From NCBI RefSeq assembly GCF_039654945.1, contig NW_027361881.1, positions 10,540,001 to 10,604,000 on the forward strand: a stretch of 64,000 nt of DNA, read 5' to 3'. Below the pieces are notes generated by a model. That model saw only the letters and a program-made list of their open reading frames with translations, searched no databases and was not told where the DNA came from. Of the stretch, positions 34,701 through 46,275 are shown in pieces. Numbering within the stretch: the first letter of the stretch is position 1; each line of letters begins with the position of its first letter. This DNA comes from Dendrobates tinctorius. Its lineage: Eukaryota. A program made the position numbers and the translations under genes.

Positions 34701-37700
34701 ATTATACCCCAGAGCTGCACTCACTATTCTGCTGGTGCAGTCACTGTGTACATACATTACATTACTGATCCTGAGTTATATCCTGTATTATACACCAGAG
34801 CTGCACTCACTATTCTGCTGGTGCAGTCACTGTGTACATACATTACATTACTGATCCTGAGTTACATCCTGTATTATACTCCAGAGCTGCACTCACTATT
34901 CTGCTGGTGCAGTCACTGTGTATATACATTACTGATCCTGAGTTACATCCTGTATTATACCCCAGAGCTGCACTCACTATTCTGCTGGTGCAGTCACTGT
35001 GTACATACATTACTGATCCTGAGTTACATCCTGTATTCTACTCCAGAGCTGCACTCACTATTCTGCTGGTGCAGTCACTGTGTACATACATTACATTACT
35101 GACCCTGAGTTACATCCTGTATTCTACTCCAGAGCTGCACTCACTATTCTGCTGGTGCAGTCACTGTGTACATACATTACATTACTGATCCTGAGTTACA
35201 TCCTGTATTCTACTCCAGAGCTGCACTCACTATTCTGCTGGTGCAGTCACTGTGTTCATACATTACATTACTGACCCTGAGTTACATCCTGTATTCTACT
35301 CCAGAGCTGCACTCACTATTCTGCTGGTGCAGTCACTGTGTACATACATTACATTACTGATCCTGAGTTACATCCTGTATTATACTCCAGAGCTGCACTC
35401 ACTATTCTGCTGGTGTAGTCACTGTGTACATACATTACATTACTGATCCTGAGTTACATCCTGTATTATACTCCAGAGCTGCACTCACTATTCTGCTGGT
35501 GCAGTCACTGTGTACATACATTACTGATCCTGAGTTACATCCTGTATTCTACTCCAGAGCTGCACTCACTATTCTGCTGGTGCAGTCACTGTGTACATAC
35601 ATTACATTACTAACCCTGAGTTACATCCTGTATTCTACTCCAGAGTTGCACTCACTATTCTGCTGGTGTAGTTACTGTGTACATACATTACATTACTGAC
35701 CCTGAGTTACATCCTGTATTATACTCCAGAGCTGCACTCACTATTCTGCTGGTGTAGTCACTGTGTACATACATTACATTACTGATCCTGAGTTACATCC
35801 TGTATTATACTCCAGAGCTGCACTCACTATTCTGCTGGTGCAGTCACTGTGTACATACATTACTGATCCTGAGTTACATCCTGTATTATACTCCAGAGCT
35901 GCACTCTCTATTCTGCTGGTGCAGTCACTGTGTACATACATTACATTACTGATCCTGAGTCACCTCCTGTATTATACCCCAGAGCTGCACTCACTATTCT
36001 GCTGGTGCAGTCACTGTGTACATACATTAAAGTACTGATCCTGAGTTACATCCTGTATTATACTCCAGAGCTGCACTCACTATTCTGCTGGTGCAGTCAC
36101 TGTGTACATACATTAATTACTAATCCTGAGTCACCTCCTGTATTATACCCCAGAGCTGCACTCACTATTCTGCTGGTGCAGTCACTGTGTACATACATTA
36201 CAGTACTGATCCTGAGTTACATCCTGTATTATACTCCAGAGCTGCACTCACTATTCTGCTGGTGCAGTCACTATGTACATACATTACATTACTGATCCTG
36301 AGTTACATCCTGTATTATACTCCAGAGCTGCACTCACTATTCTGCTGGTGCAGTCACTGTGTACATACATTACATTACTGATCCTGAGTTACATCCTGTA
36401 TTATACTCCAGAGCTGCACTCACTATTCTGCTGGTGTAGTCACTGTGTACATACATTACATTACTGATCCTGAGTTACATCCTGCATTATACTCCAGAGC
36501 TGCACTCACTATTCTGCTGGTGCAGTCACTGTGTACATACATTACATTACTGATCCTGAGTTACCTCCTGTATTATACTCCAGAGCTGCACTCACTATTC
36601 TGCTGGTGCAGTCACTGTGTACATACATTACATTACTGATCCTGAGTTACATCCTGTATTATACTCCAGAGCTGCACTCACTATTCTGCTGGTGTAGTCA
36701 CTGTGTACATACATTACATTACTGATCCTGAGTTACATCCTGTATTATACCCCAGAGCTGCACTCACTATTCTGCTGGTGCAGTCACTGTGTACATACAT
36801 TACATTACTGATCCTGAGATACCTCCTGTATTATACTCCAGAGCTGCACTCACTATTCTGCTGGTGCATTCACTGTGTACATACATTACATTACTGATCC
36901 TGAGTTACATCCTGTATTATACCCCAGAGCTGCACTCACTATTCTGCTGGTGCAGTCACTGTGTACATACATTACATTACTGATCCTGAGTTACCTCCTG
37001 TATTATACCCCAGAGCTGCACTCACTATTCTGCTGGTGCTGTCACTGTGTACATATATTACATTACTGATCCTGAGTTACCTCCTGTATTATACCCCAGA
37101 GCTGCACTCACTATTCTGCTGGTGCAGTCACTGTGTACATACATTACATTACTGATCCTGAGTTACATCCTGTATTATACCCCAGAGCTGCACTCACTAT
37201 TCTGCTGGTGCAGTCACTGTGTACATACATTACATTACTGATCCTGAGTTACATCCTGTATTATACCCCAGAGCTGCACTCACTATTCTGCTGGTGCAGT
37301 CACTGTGTACATACATTACATTACTGATCCTGAGTTACATCCTGTATTATACCCCAGAGCTGCACTCACTATTCTGCTGGTGCAGTCACTGTGTACATAC
37401 ATTACATTACTGATCCTGAGTTACATCCTGTATTATACTCCAGAGCTGCACTCACTATTCTGCTGGTGCATTCACTGTGTACATACATTACATTACTGAT
37501 CCTGAGTTACATCCTGTATTATACCCCAGAGCTGCACTCACTATTCTGCTGGTGCAGTCACTGTGTACATACATTACATTACTGATCCTGAGTTACCTCC
37601 TGTATTATACCCCAGAGCTGCACTCACTATTCTGCTGGTGCAGTCACTGTGTACATACATTACATTACTGATCCTGAGTTACATCCTGTATTATACTCCA

Positions 37701-38904
37701 GAGCTGCACTCACTATTCTGCTGGTGCAGTCACTGTGTACATACATTACAGATCCTGAGTTACCTCCTGTATTATACTCCAGAGCTGCACTCACTATTCT
37801 GCTGGTGCAGTCACTGTGTACATACATTACAGATCCTGAGTTACATCCTGTATTATACTCCAGAGCTGCACTCACTATTCTGCTGGTGCAGTCACTGTGT
37901 ACATACATTACTGATCCTGAGTTACCTCCTGTATTATACCCCAGAGCTGCACTCACTATTCTGCTGGTGCAGTCACTGTGTACATACATTACATTACTGA
38001 TCCTGAGTTACATCCTGTATTATACCCCAGAGCTGCACTCACTATTCTGCTGGTGCAGTCACTGTGTACATACATTACATTACTGATCCTGAGTTACCTC
38101 CTGTATTATACTCCAGAGCTGCACTCACTATTCTGCTGGTGCAGTCACTGTGTACATACATTACAATACTGATCCTGAGTTACATCCTGTATTATACCCC
38201 AGAGCTGCACTCACTATTCTGCTGGTGCAGTCACTGTGTACATACATTACATTACTGATCCTGAGTTACCTCCTGTATTATACTCCAGAGCTGCACTCAC
38301 TATTCTGCTGGTGCAGTCACTGTGTACATACATTACATTACTGATCCTGAGTTACATCCTGTATTATACCCCAGAGCTGCACTCACTATTCTGCTGGTGC
38401 AGTCACTGTGTACATACATTACATTACTGATCCTGAGTTACCTCCTGTATTATACTCCAGAGCTGCTCTCACTATTCTGCTGGTGCAGTCACTGTGTACA
38501 TACATTACATTACTGATCCTGAGTTACATCCTGTATTATACCCCAGAGCTGCACTCACTATTCTGCTGGTGCAGTCACTGTGTACATACATTACAGATCC
38601 TGAGTTACATCCTGTATTATACTCCAGAGCTGCACTCACTATTCTGCTGGTGCAGTCACTGTGTACATACATTACTGATCCTGAGTTACCTCCTGTTTTA
38701 TACCCCAGAGCTGCACTCACTATTCTGCTGGTGCAGTCACTGTGTACATACATTACATTACTGATCCTGAGTTACCTCCTGTATTATATCCCAGAGCTGC
38801 ACTCACTATTCTGCTGGTGCAGTCACTGTGTACATACATTACATTACTGATCCTGAGTTACCTCCTGTATTATACCCCAGAGCTGTACTCACTATTCTGC
38901 TGGT
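31791..38904. repeat. 81/86-bp tandem satellite, array 2 (7.1 kb)
   Basis: Same monomer and orientation as array 1, lying between the BtpA-like gene and the C19orf12 promoter. Confidence 0.98.
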
Positions 38905-38999
38905 CACAGTTTATGAAGATGTCATTAGTGTGAGCTGTCATTTCGCTCTGTAACCACTAGAGGGCGTCATCTATGAAAAAGGGGAGATGAATTTCAAAG

Positions 39000-39351
39000 C
39001 GGGCGGCGACGCTTACCATAGTTTATTCCGCCAAGTCACATGTTTGTGGCCAGCCTATCGGCGCATGGCACTGTTACCTTCTCGCCGCATTACGTTGCTG
39101 TACCGCCCGCTCGGGTGTATTCTTTCACTATCGGGGGCGAAACAATATTGTCAGAATATTATATATTTTTTTCCACTCGGGTCCCCGTAATGACGTCACT
39201 TCCGTTGTGGCCACAAGTGACACATTTGTCCCGCCTTTTGAGAGTATTAACCAATAGGCTGTGTGTGCCGCTTAGCCCCGCCCCGCCGGCTCATGGTTTG
39301 GTGTCTGCTGTCATCAGGTGCAGAGTGACAGAGTAGCAGATCGCGGCGACG
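39000..39351 (+). promoter_or_regulatory. CpG-island promoter and non-coding first exon of C19orf12
   Basis: CpG-rich. Overlapping CRE/ETS TGACGTCACTTCCG at 39191-39204, CCAAT at ~39251, GC box CCCCGCCCC at ~39276, strong donor ACG|GTGAGT at 39352. Confidence 0.7.
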
Positions 39352-39835
39352 GTGAGTGCGGAGCGCTGGCCAAGGAGTCACCCCGGGGCATGCTGGGACT
39401 TGTGTGGCTGCTGTGGGTTTCCCATTAACCCCTTCCCTCCTGGGACGTTGCTCCTCAGATCTCCGCCTGCGGTTTTTTCTGTCTTTGCGGCTTTTCTCTG
39501 ACCTGGGTCCTGATATTCCGGCGCTGAGGGATTATTATGTCGGGGGAGGATTTTATTTAGTCCGGAGATTCACGTGTTAATGTTGTGTTTCGTCTCTGGC
39601 AGGATGGGAGTGACAGTGACGGTGTGGATACAATCCCGGTCACAGTCCGACTAGTCGTGTCCGGCCCCTCAGAACGCTCCGCACTGGGCACCACTAGTCT
39701 GCACGTGGTCACCGCCTAATCTGACTGCAGACTTGTGACCGGACCACCAGCCGCTCCTGTGCAGGAGCCATTATTATATGCTGTGTTGGAAAGGGTTAAA
39801 TCCACTGTATAAAACAAATCTGAGGTCCACCGTAT

Positions 39836-42800
39836 TTGTGTGGGGGTCTTCTGCGTCTTCCCTGGGTGTTGTGGGGCGTGTGATGTGTGTGGGGGTCTCC
39901 TGCGTCCTCCCCTGGGTGTTCTGGGGCGTGTGATGTGTGTGGGGGTCTCCTGCGTCCTCCCCTGGGTGTTCTGGGGCGTGTGATGTGTGTGGGGGTCTCC
40001 TGCGTCCTCCCCTGGGTGTTGTGGGGCGTGTGATGTGTGGGGGGTCTCCTGCGTCCTCCCTGGGTGTTGTGGGGCGTGTGATGTGTGTGGGGGGTCTTCT
40101 GCGTCCTCCCTGGGTGTTGTGGGGCGTGTGATGTGTGTGGGGGGTCTTCTGCGTCCTCCCTGGGTGTTGTGGGGCGTGTGATGTGTGTGGGGGGTCTTCT
40201 GCGTCCTCCCTGGGTGTTGTGGGGCGTGTGATGTGTGTGGGGGGTCTTCTGCGTCCTCCCTGGGTGTTGTGGGGCGTGTGATGTGTGTGGGGGGTCTTCT
40301 GCGTCCTCCCTGGGTGTTGTGGGGCGTGTGATGTGTGTGGGGGGTCTTCTGCGTCCTCCCTGGGTGTTGTGGGGCGTGTGATGTGTGTGGGGGGTCTTCT
40401 GCGTCCTCCCTGGGTGTTGTGGGGCGTGTGATGTGTGTGGGGGGTCTTCTGCGTCCTCCCTGGGTGTTGTGGGGCGTGTGATGTGTGTGGGGGTCTCCTG
40501 CGTCCTCCCCTGGGTGTTGTGGGGCGTGTGATGTGTGTGTGGGGGGTCTTCTGCGTCCTCCCTGGGTGTTGTGGGGCGTGTGATGTGTGTGGGGGGTCTT
40601 CTGCGTCCTCCCTGGGTGTTGTGGGGCGTGTGATGTGTGTGGGGGGTCTCCTGCGTCCTCCCCTTGGTGTTGTGGGGCGTGTGATGTGTGTGGGGGTCTC
40701 CTGCGTCCTCCCCTGGGTGTTCTGGGGCGTGTGATGTGTGGGGGGGTCTCCTGCGTCCTCCCCTGGGTGTTGTGGGGCGTGTGATGTGTGGGGGGTCTCC
40801 TGCCTCCTCTCTTGGGTGTTCTGGGGCGTGTGATGTGTGTGGGGGTCTCCTGTGTCCCCCCTGGGTGTTGTGGGGCGTGTGATGTGTGTGGGGGTCTCCT
40901 GCGTCCTCCCCTGGGTGTTGTGGGGCGTGTGATGTGTGTGGGGGGTCTCCTGCGTCCTCCCCTGGGTGTTGTGGGGCGTGTGATGTGTGTGGGGGTCTCC
41001 TGCGTCCTCCCCTGGGTGTTGTGGGGCGTGTGATGTGTGTGGGGGGTCTCCTGCCTCCTCTCTTGGGTGTTCTGGGGCGTGTGATGTGTGTGGGGGTCTC
41101 CTGTGTCCCCCCTGGGTGTTGTGGGGCGTGTGATGTGTGTGGGGGGTCTCCTGCCTCCTCTCTTGGGTGTTCTGGGGCGTGTGATGTGTGTGGGGGTCTC
41201 CTGTGTCCCCCCTGGGTGTTGTGGGGCGTGTGATGTGTGTGGGGGGTCTCCTGCGTCCTCCCCTGGGTGTTGTGGGGCGTGTGATGTGTGTGGGGGGTCT
41301 CCTGCCTCCTCTCTTGGGTGTTCTGGGGCATGTGATGTGTGTGGGGGTCTCCTGTGTCCCCCCTGGGTGTTGTGGGGCGTGTGATGTGTGTGGGCGTCTC
41401 CTGTGTCCCCCCTGGGTGTTGTGGGGCGTGTGATGTGTGTGGGGGTCTCCTGCGTCCTCCCTTGGGTGTTGTGGTTTCGTGTGATGTGTGTGGGGGTCTC
41501 CTGCGTCCTCCCCTGGGTGTTGTGGGGCGTGTGATGTGTGTGGGGGTCTCCTGCGTCCTCCCCTGGGTGTTGTGGGGCGTGTGATGTGTGTGAGGGGTCT
41601 CCTGCCTCCTCTCTTGGGTGTTCTGGGGCGTGTGATGTGTGTGGGGGTCTCCTGTGTCCCCCCTGGGTGTTGTGGGGCGTGTGATGTGTGTGGGGGTCCT
41701 CCTGCCTCCTCTCTTGGGTGTTCTGGGGCGTGTGATGTGTGTGGGGGTCTCCTGTGTCCCCCCTGGGTGTTGTGGGGCGTGTGATGTGTGTGGGGGTCTC
41801 CTGCGTCCTCCCCTGGGTGTTGTGGGGCGTGTGATGTGTGTGTGTGGGGGGTCTTCTGCGTCCTCCCTGGGTGTTGTGGGGCGTGTGATGTGTGTGTGTG
41901 GGGGGTCTTCTGCGTCCTCCCTGGGTGTTGTGGGGCGTGTGATGTGTGTGGGGGGTCTTCTGCGTCCTCCCTGGGTGTTGTGGGGCGTGTGATGTGTGTG
42001 GGGGGTCTCCTGCGTCCTCCCCTTGGTGTTGTGGGGCGTGTGATGTGTGTGGGGGTCTCCTGCGTCCTCCCCTGGGTGTTCTGGGGCGTGTGATGTGTGG
42101 GGGGGTCTCCTGCGTCCTCCCCTGGGTGTTGTGGGGCGTGTGATGTGTGGGGGGTCTCCTGCCTCCTCTCTTGGGTGTTCTGGGGCGTGTGATGTGTGTG
42201 GGGGTCTCCTGTGTCCCCCCTGGGTGTTGTGGGGCGTGTGATGTGTGTGGGGGTCTCCTGCGTCCTCCCCTGGGTGTTGTGGGGCGTGTGATGTGTGTGG
42301 GGGGTCTCCTGCGTCCTCCCCTGGGTGTTGTGGGGCGTGTGATGTGTGTGGGGGTCTCCTGCGTCCTCCCCTGGGTGTTGTGGGGCGTGTGATGTGTGTG
42401 GGGGGTCTCCTGCCTCCTCTCTTGGGTGTTCTGGGGCGTGTGATGTGTGTGGGGGTCTCCTGTGTCCCCCCTGGGTGTTGTGGGGCGTGTGATGTGTGTG
42501 GGGGGTCTCCTGCCTCCTCTCTTGGGTGTTCTGGGGCGTGTGATGTGTGTGGGGGTCTCCTGTGTCCCCCCTGGGTGTTGTGGGGCGTGTGATGTGTGTG
42601 GGGGGTCTCCTGCGTCCTCCCCTGGGTGTTGTGGGGCGTGTGATGTGTGTGGGGGGTCTCCTGCCTCCTCTCTTGGGTGTTCTGGGGCATGTGATGTGTG
42701 TGGGGGTCTCCTGTGTCCCCCCTGGGTGTTGTGGGGCGTGTGATGTGTGTGGGCGTCTCCTGTGTCCCCCCTGGGTGTTGTGGGGCGTGTGATGTGTGTG

Positions 42801-43800
42801 GGGGTCTCCTGCGTCCTCCCTTGGGTGTTGTGGGGCGTGTGATGTATGTGGGGGTCTCCTGCGTCCTCCCCTTGGTGTTGTGGGGCGTGTGATGTGTGTG
42901 GGGGGGTCTCCTGCCTTGGGTGTTCTGGGGCGTGTGATGTGTGTGTGTGTGGGGGGGTCTCCTGCGTCCTCCCTTGGGTGTTGTGGGGCGTGTGATGTGT
43001 GGGGGGTCTCCTGCCTCCTCTCTTGGGTGTTGTGGGGCGTGTGATGTGTGGGGGGTCTCCTGCCTCCTCTCTTGGGTGTTGTGGGGCGTGTGATGTGTGT
43101 GTGTGTGTGGGGGGGTCTCCTGCGTCCTCCCCTTGGTGTTGTGGGGCGTGTGATGTGTGTGGGGGGGTCTCCTGCCTTGGGTGTTCTGGGGCGTGTGATG
43201 TGTGTGTGTGTGTGGGGGGGTCTCCTGCGTCCTCCCTTGGGTGTTGTGGGGCGTGTGATGTGTGGGGGGTCTCCTGCCTCCTCTCTTGGGTGTTGTGGGG
43301 CGTGTGATGTGTGGGGGGTCTCCTGCCTCCTCTCGGGTGTTCTGGGGCGTGTGATGTGTGTGTGTGTGGGGGGGTCTCCTGCGTCCTTCCCTGGGTGTTG
43401 TGGGGCGTGTGATGTGTGTGGGGGGGGTCTCCTGCGTCCTTCCCTGGGTGTTGTGGGGCGTGTGTTGTGTGTGGGGGTCTCCTGCGTCCTCCCCTGGGTG
43501 TTCTGGGGCGTGTGATGTGTGTGGGGGTCTCCTGCATCCTTCCCTGGGTGTTGTGGGGCGTGTGATGTGTGTGGGGGGGGTCTCCTGCGTCCTTCCCTGG
43601 GTGTTGTGGGGCGTGTGATGTGGGGGGGTCTCCTGCGTCCTTCCCTGGGTGTTGTGGGGCGTGTGATGTGTGTGTGTGTGTCGGGGTCTCCTGCGTCCTC
43701 CCCTGGGTGTTGTGGGGCGTGTGATGTGTGTGGGGGTCTCCTGGGTGTGTGTGTGGGGGGGTCTCCTGCGTCCCTCCTGGGTGTGTGTGTGTGTGGGGGG
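39836..43800. repeat. ~50-bp G/T-rich minisatellite in C19orf12 intron 1
   Basis: TGTGATGTGTGTGGGGGTCTCCTGCGTCCTCCCCTGGGTGTTGTGGGGCG, about 80 copies, with an internal 1359-bp duplication period. Confidence 0.97.
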
Positions 43801-44031
43801 GTTATAGGATCAGGCAGCTGCTGATCGGCCCCCTTGTTCGGGGTGAGCCGGACCTTGTCCTCGCCCGTGGTGATATGGTCGGGATTTTCCTCCTGTGAGA
43901 TAAGGCAGGTGACTGAGGGTGGAGATAAGCGTCGCGCCGTCCCATCATGCCTTGTGCTGGGGAAGGGTCCGTGCTTCATTCCCTTCCACTTATATGAACA
44001 TCTTTAGAAATCTCGCAGTGAATGTGGCCTA

Positions 44032-45618
44032 CGCCGGAGTCTCACTAGAGAGAAATACGGACGAGTGAGAGGCAGAAAAACAGCACCCCGCGCTCGTCCC
44101 CATGTAACTCTATGGGGCAGATCACATCAGCTGAAATTTTTTTTTCACGGTCGTATTATACGTGCGGAGGAAATCGCCCGTAAGACGCCACTGCAAATCT
44201 ATGTGGGCGAGAAAAGTACGGATTACACACGGACCAGACGTGTGACTGGCGAGAAATACGCACCGGTGTCCTTCAACAAAAGCCGGCAATTCAGTGCGCG
44301 ATTAATAAAGAAGAGAAACAATAGATCTAGACACATAGAATACATATACACACATATATATATTTCATAGAGTTCTACATAGAATAATGTCCCTGACTAA
44401 TAATTAGATTAGGGTTTGTGTGCAAAATTTGAGACATGTAGGTGTTAAATTAAGGGGTTAATTTGTTGGGGAAAAAAATGTGTACATCCCCGCGGTAATT
44501 TCTCTTCCAGAGAGGGAAGGCCAGTGAATGAGGGAAGATATTAATAGCTTAGAGAGGGACCATGGTTATTGCCACCCCAGAAAAGGCGCATCTATTCCCA
44601 TTGCCTTTAGTGGTGGCTCATGGGTTAATAAGGGGTTAATGTCACCTTGCTATTGAAAGGTGACATTAAGCCGGGTTAATAATGGAGAGGAGTCAATAAG
44701 ACGCCTCTCCATTATTAATCCTATAGTAGTAAAGGGTTAAAAAAGACACACTAATTAAAAATTATTTTAATGAAATAATTACACACAGCTTTTGACCAAA
44801 TTTATTATTCTGCCAATCCAACTGAATCCCTTGTTCTTCTGTAACCAAAAAAAAATTAAAAAACAACATCCATACCTCTCCGCTGGTCAGTCAGGTCCCC
44901 CGCTGCAATCCATCGCAAGGGCTTAACTAGTTTACAACAGGGACCAGTGCTAATGCTACCGGCCCCGCTGTAAACCACTGCAGAATGAATGAAATCATGT
45001 CTGTGTAGGTGCCCTGGCTGACCAGAGATTAACTGATTAGCGTGGGAAAGTTTCTGAACTTTTTTCCCACGCTCCTGAGTTCACCTCAGGTCAGCAGGGG
45101 ACTCTGCGCAGCCTCAGTGACGTCAGCGGTAGTCAAGGAGGCTGCGCAGAGTCCGCAGCTGACATGAGGTGAACTCAGGAGCGTGGGAAAAAGTTCAGAA
45201 ACTTTCCCACGCTAATCAGTTCATCTACGGTCAGCCGGGGCGCCTGCGCAAGACATGATTTCATTCATTCTGCAGTGGTTTACAGTGGGGCCGGTTGCAT
45301 TAGCACTCGTCCCTGTTGTAAGCTAGTTAAGCCCTTGCGATGGATTGCAGCGGGGGACCTGACTGAACAGCGGAGAGGGATGGATATTGTTGGTTTTTTA
45401 TTTATTTTTTTACAGAACAAGGGCTTTTATTGGATTGGCAGCATAATAAAATTGGTCAAAAACTTTATTTAATTAAAATAATTTTTAATTAATGTCTGTG
45501 TATGTTTTTTTTAACCCTTTACTACTAGAAGCTTAATTATGGAGAGGTGTCTTATTGACCCGGCTTAATGTTACCTTTCAATAGCAAAGTGACACTAACC
45601 CCTTATTATTAACTCATG
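44032..45618. mobile_element. Truncated non-autonomous DNA transposon/foldback element with a ~1-kb internal palindrome
   Basis: Left end CGCCGGAGTCTCACTAG resembles Harbinger-MITE termini. Region 44619-45618 is an imperfect inverted repeat centred near 45125. No matching right TIR was seen. Confidence 0.7.
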
Positions 45619-45774
45619 TATCCAGGACGCCCCTTTAATGCACGTCAGGCAGAGTGCAGACCGCAGTTCTGGTCACTCCCGGCACCCTTAGGGACGCATT
45701 TCACAGTATGGCCTGTAGGGGGCAGCCTCTCTTGTTCTGTATCTTGTGACCATCTTTCTGTTGCAGCCCTCAAC

Positions 45775-46275
45775 ATGCCGGTTAATGTGGACGACATCTT
45801 GCGCCTTTTGTGCCACCTGTCGACGGAGCAGAAGATGAAGGCGGCCATCAAGCATTCTGCCAGGGGAGCTGTGGTCGCTGGCGCTGGAGCCTTTGTGGGG
45901 GGATTATTAGGAGGCCCCCCAGGAATCGCTGTGGGTAAGGTGCAGATTGGAGGGGGGCTGCCCCCATATTCACATTCCCATACTCACTATGCCTCCTTGT
46001 GTCCTGCAGGTGGCGCTCTAGGGGGCGTCCTAGGAGCCTGGATGACGACTGGTCAGTTCCAGCCCGTCCCTCAGATCCTGGTGGAGCTGCCGCCCGTCCA
46101 GCAGCAGAGACTGTGCGAGCAGGTATTTGCCATCATCCGAAACCTGGACTGGACGGACGCCACGCACCTCATCATGCTGGTGTCTGGCAATGCCGCTCTA
46201 CAGCAGCAGGTGGCAGCAGCGCTCATCAGTTTTGTGACTCAGGAGCTGAAAGCCGAGATCCAGTACGGGGACTAG
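45775..46275 (+). CDS. C19orf12: Protein C19orf12 homolog, 141 aa
   Basis: Exons 45775-45934 and 46010-46275 (426 nt). [13 protein letters not shown]...[10 protein letters not shown]...[42 protein letters not shown]...LKAEIQYGD, with the glycine-zipper hydrophobic segment. Syntenic position. Confidence 0.96.
   Translation: MPVNVDDILRLLCHLSTEQKMKAAIKHSARGAVVAGAGAFVGGLLGGPPGIAVGKVQIGGGLPPYSHSHTHYASLCPAGGALGGVLGAWMTTGQFQPVPQILVELPPVQQQRLCEQVFAIIRNLDWTDATHLIMLVSGNAALQQQVAAALISFVTQELKAEIQYGD

Noticed and set aside
132-38933. Dozens of MYIHYITDPELHPVLY... ORFs
   Set aside because: Translations of the 81/86-bp satellite, with non-ATG starts, frame changes at every 86-bp unit and no splice or domain signal.
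39716-43979. 964-1401-aa His/Pro/Thr-rich ORFs
   Set aside because: All three minus frames are open because the strand nearly lacks T. This is a minisatellite artefact.
45616-46275. 219-aa single-exon C19orf12 as given in the ORF track
   Set aside because: It includes intron 1 sequence upstream of the acceptor at 45766 and the 75-nt intron. The spliced 141-aa model fits the family.
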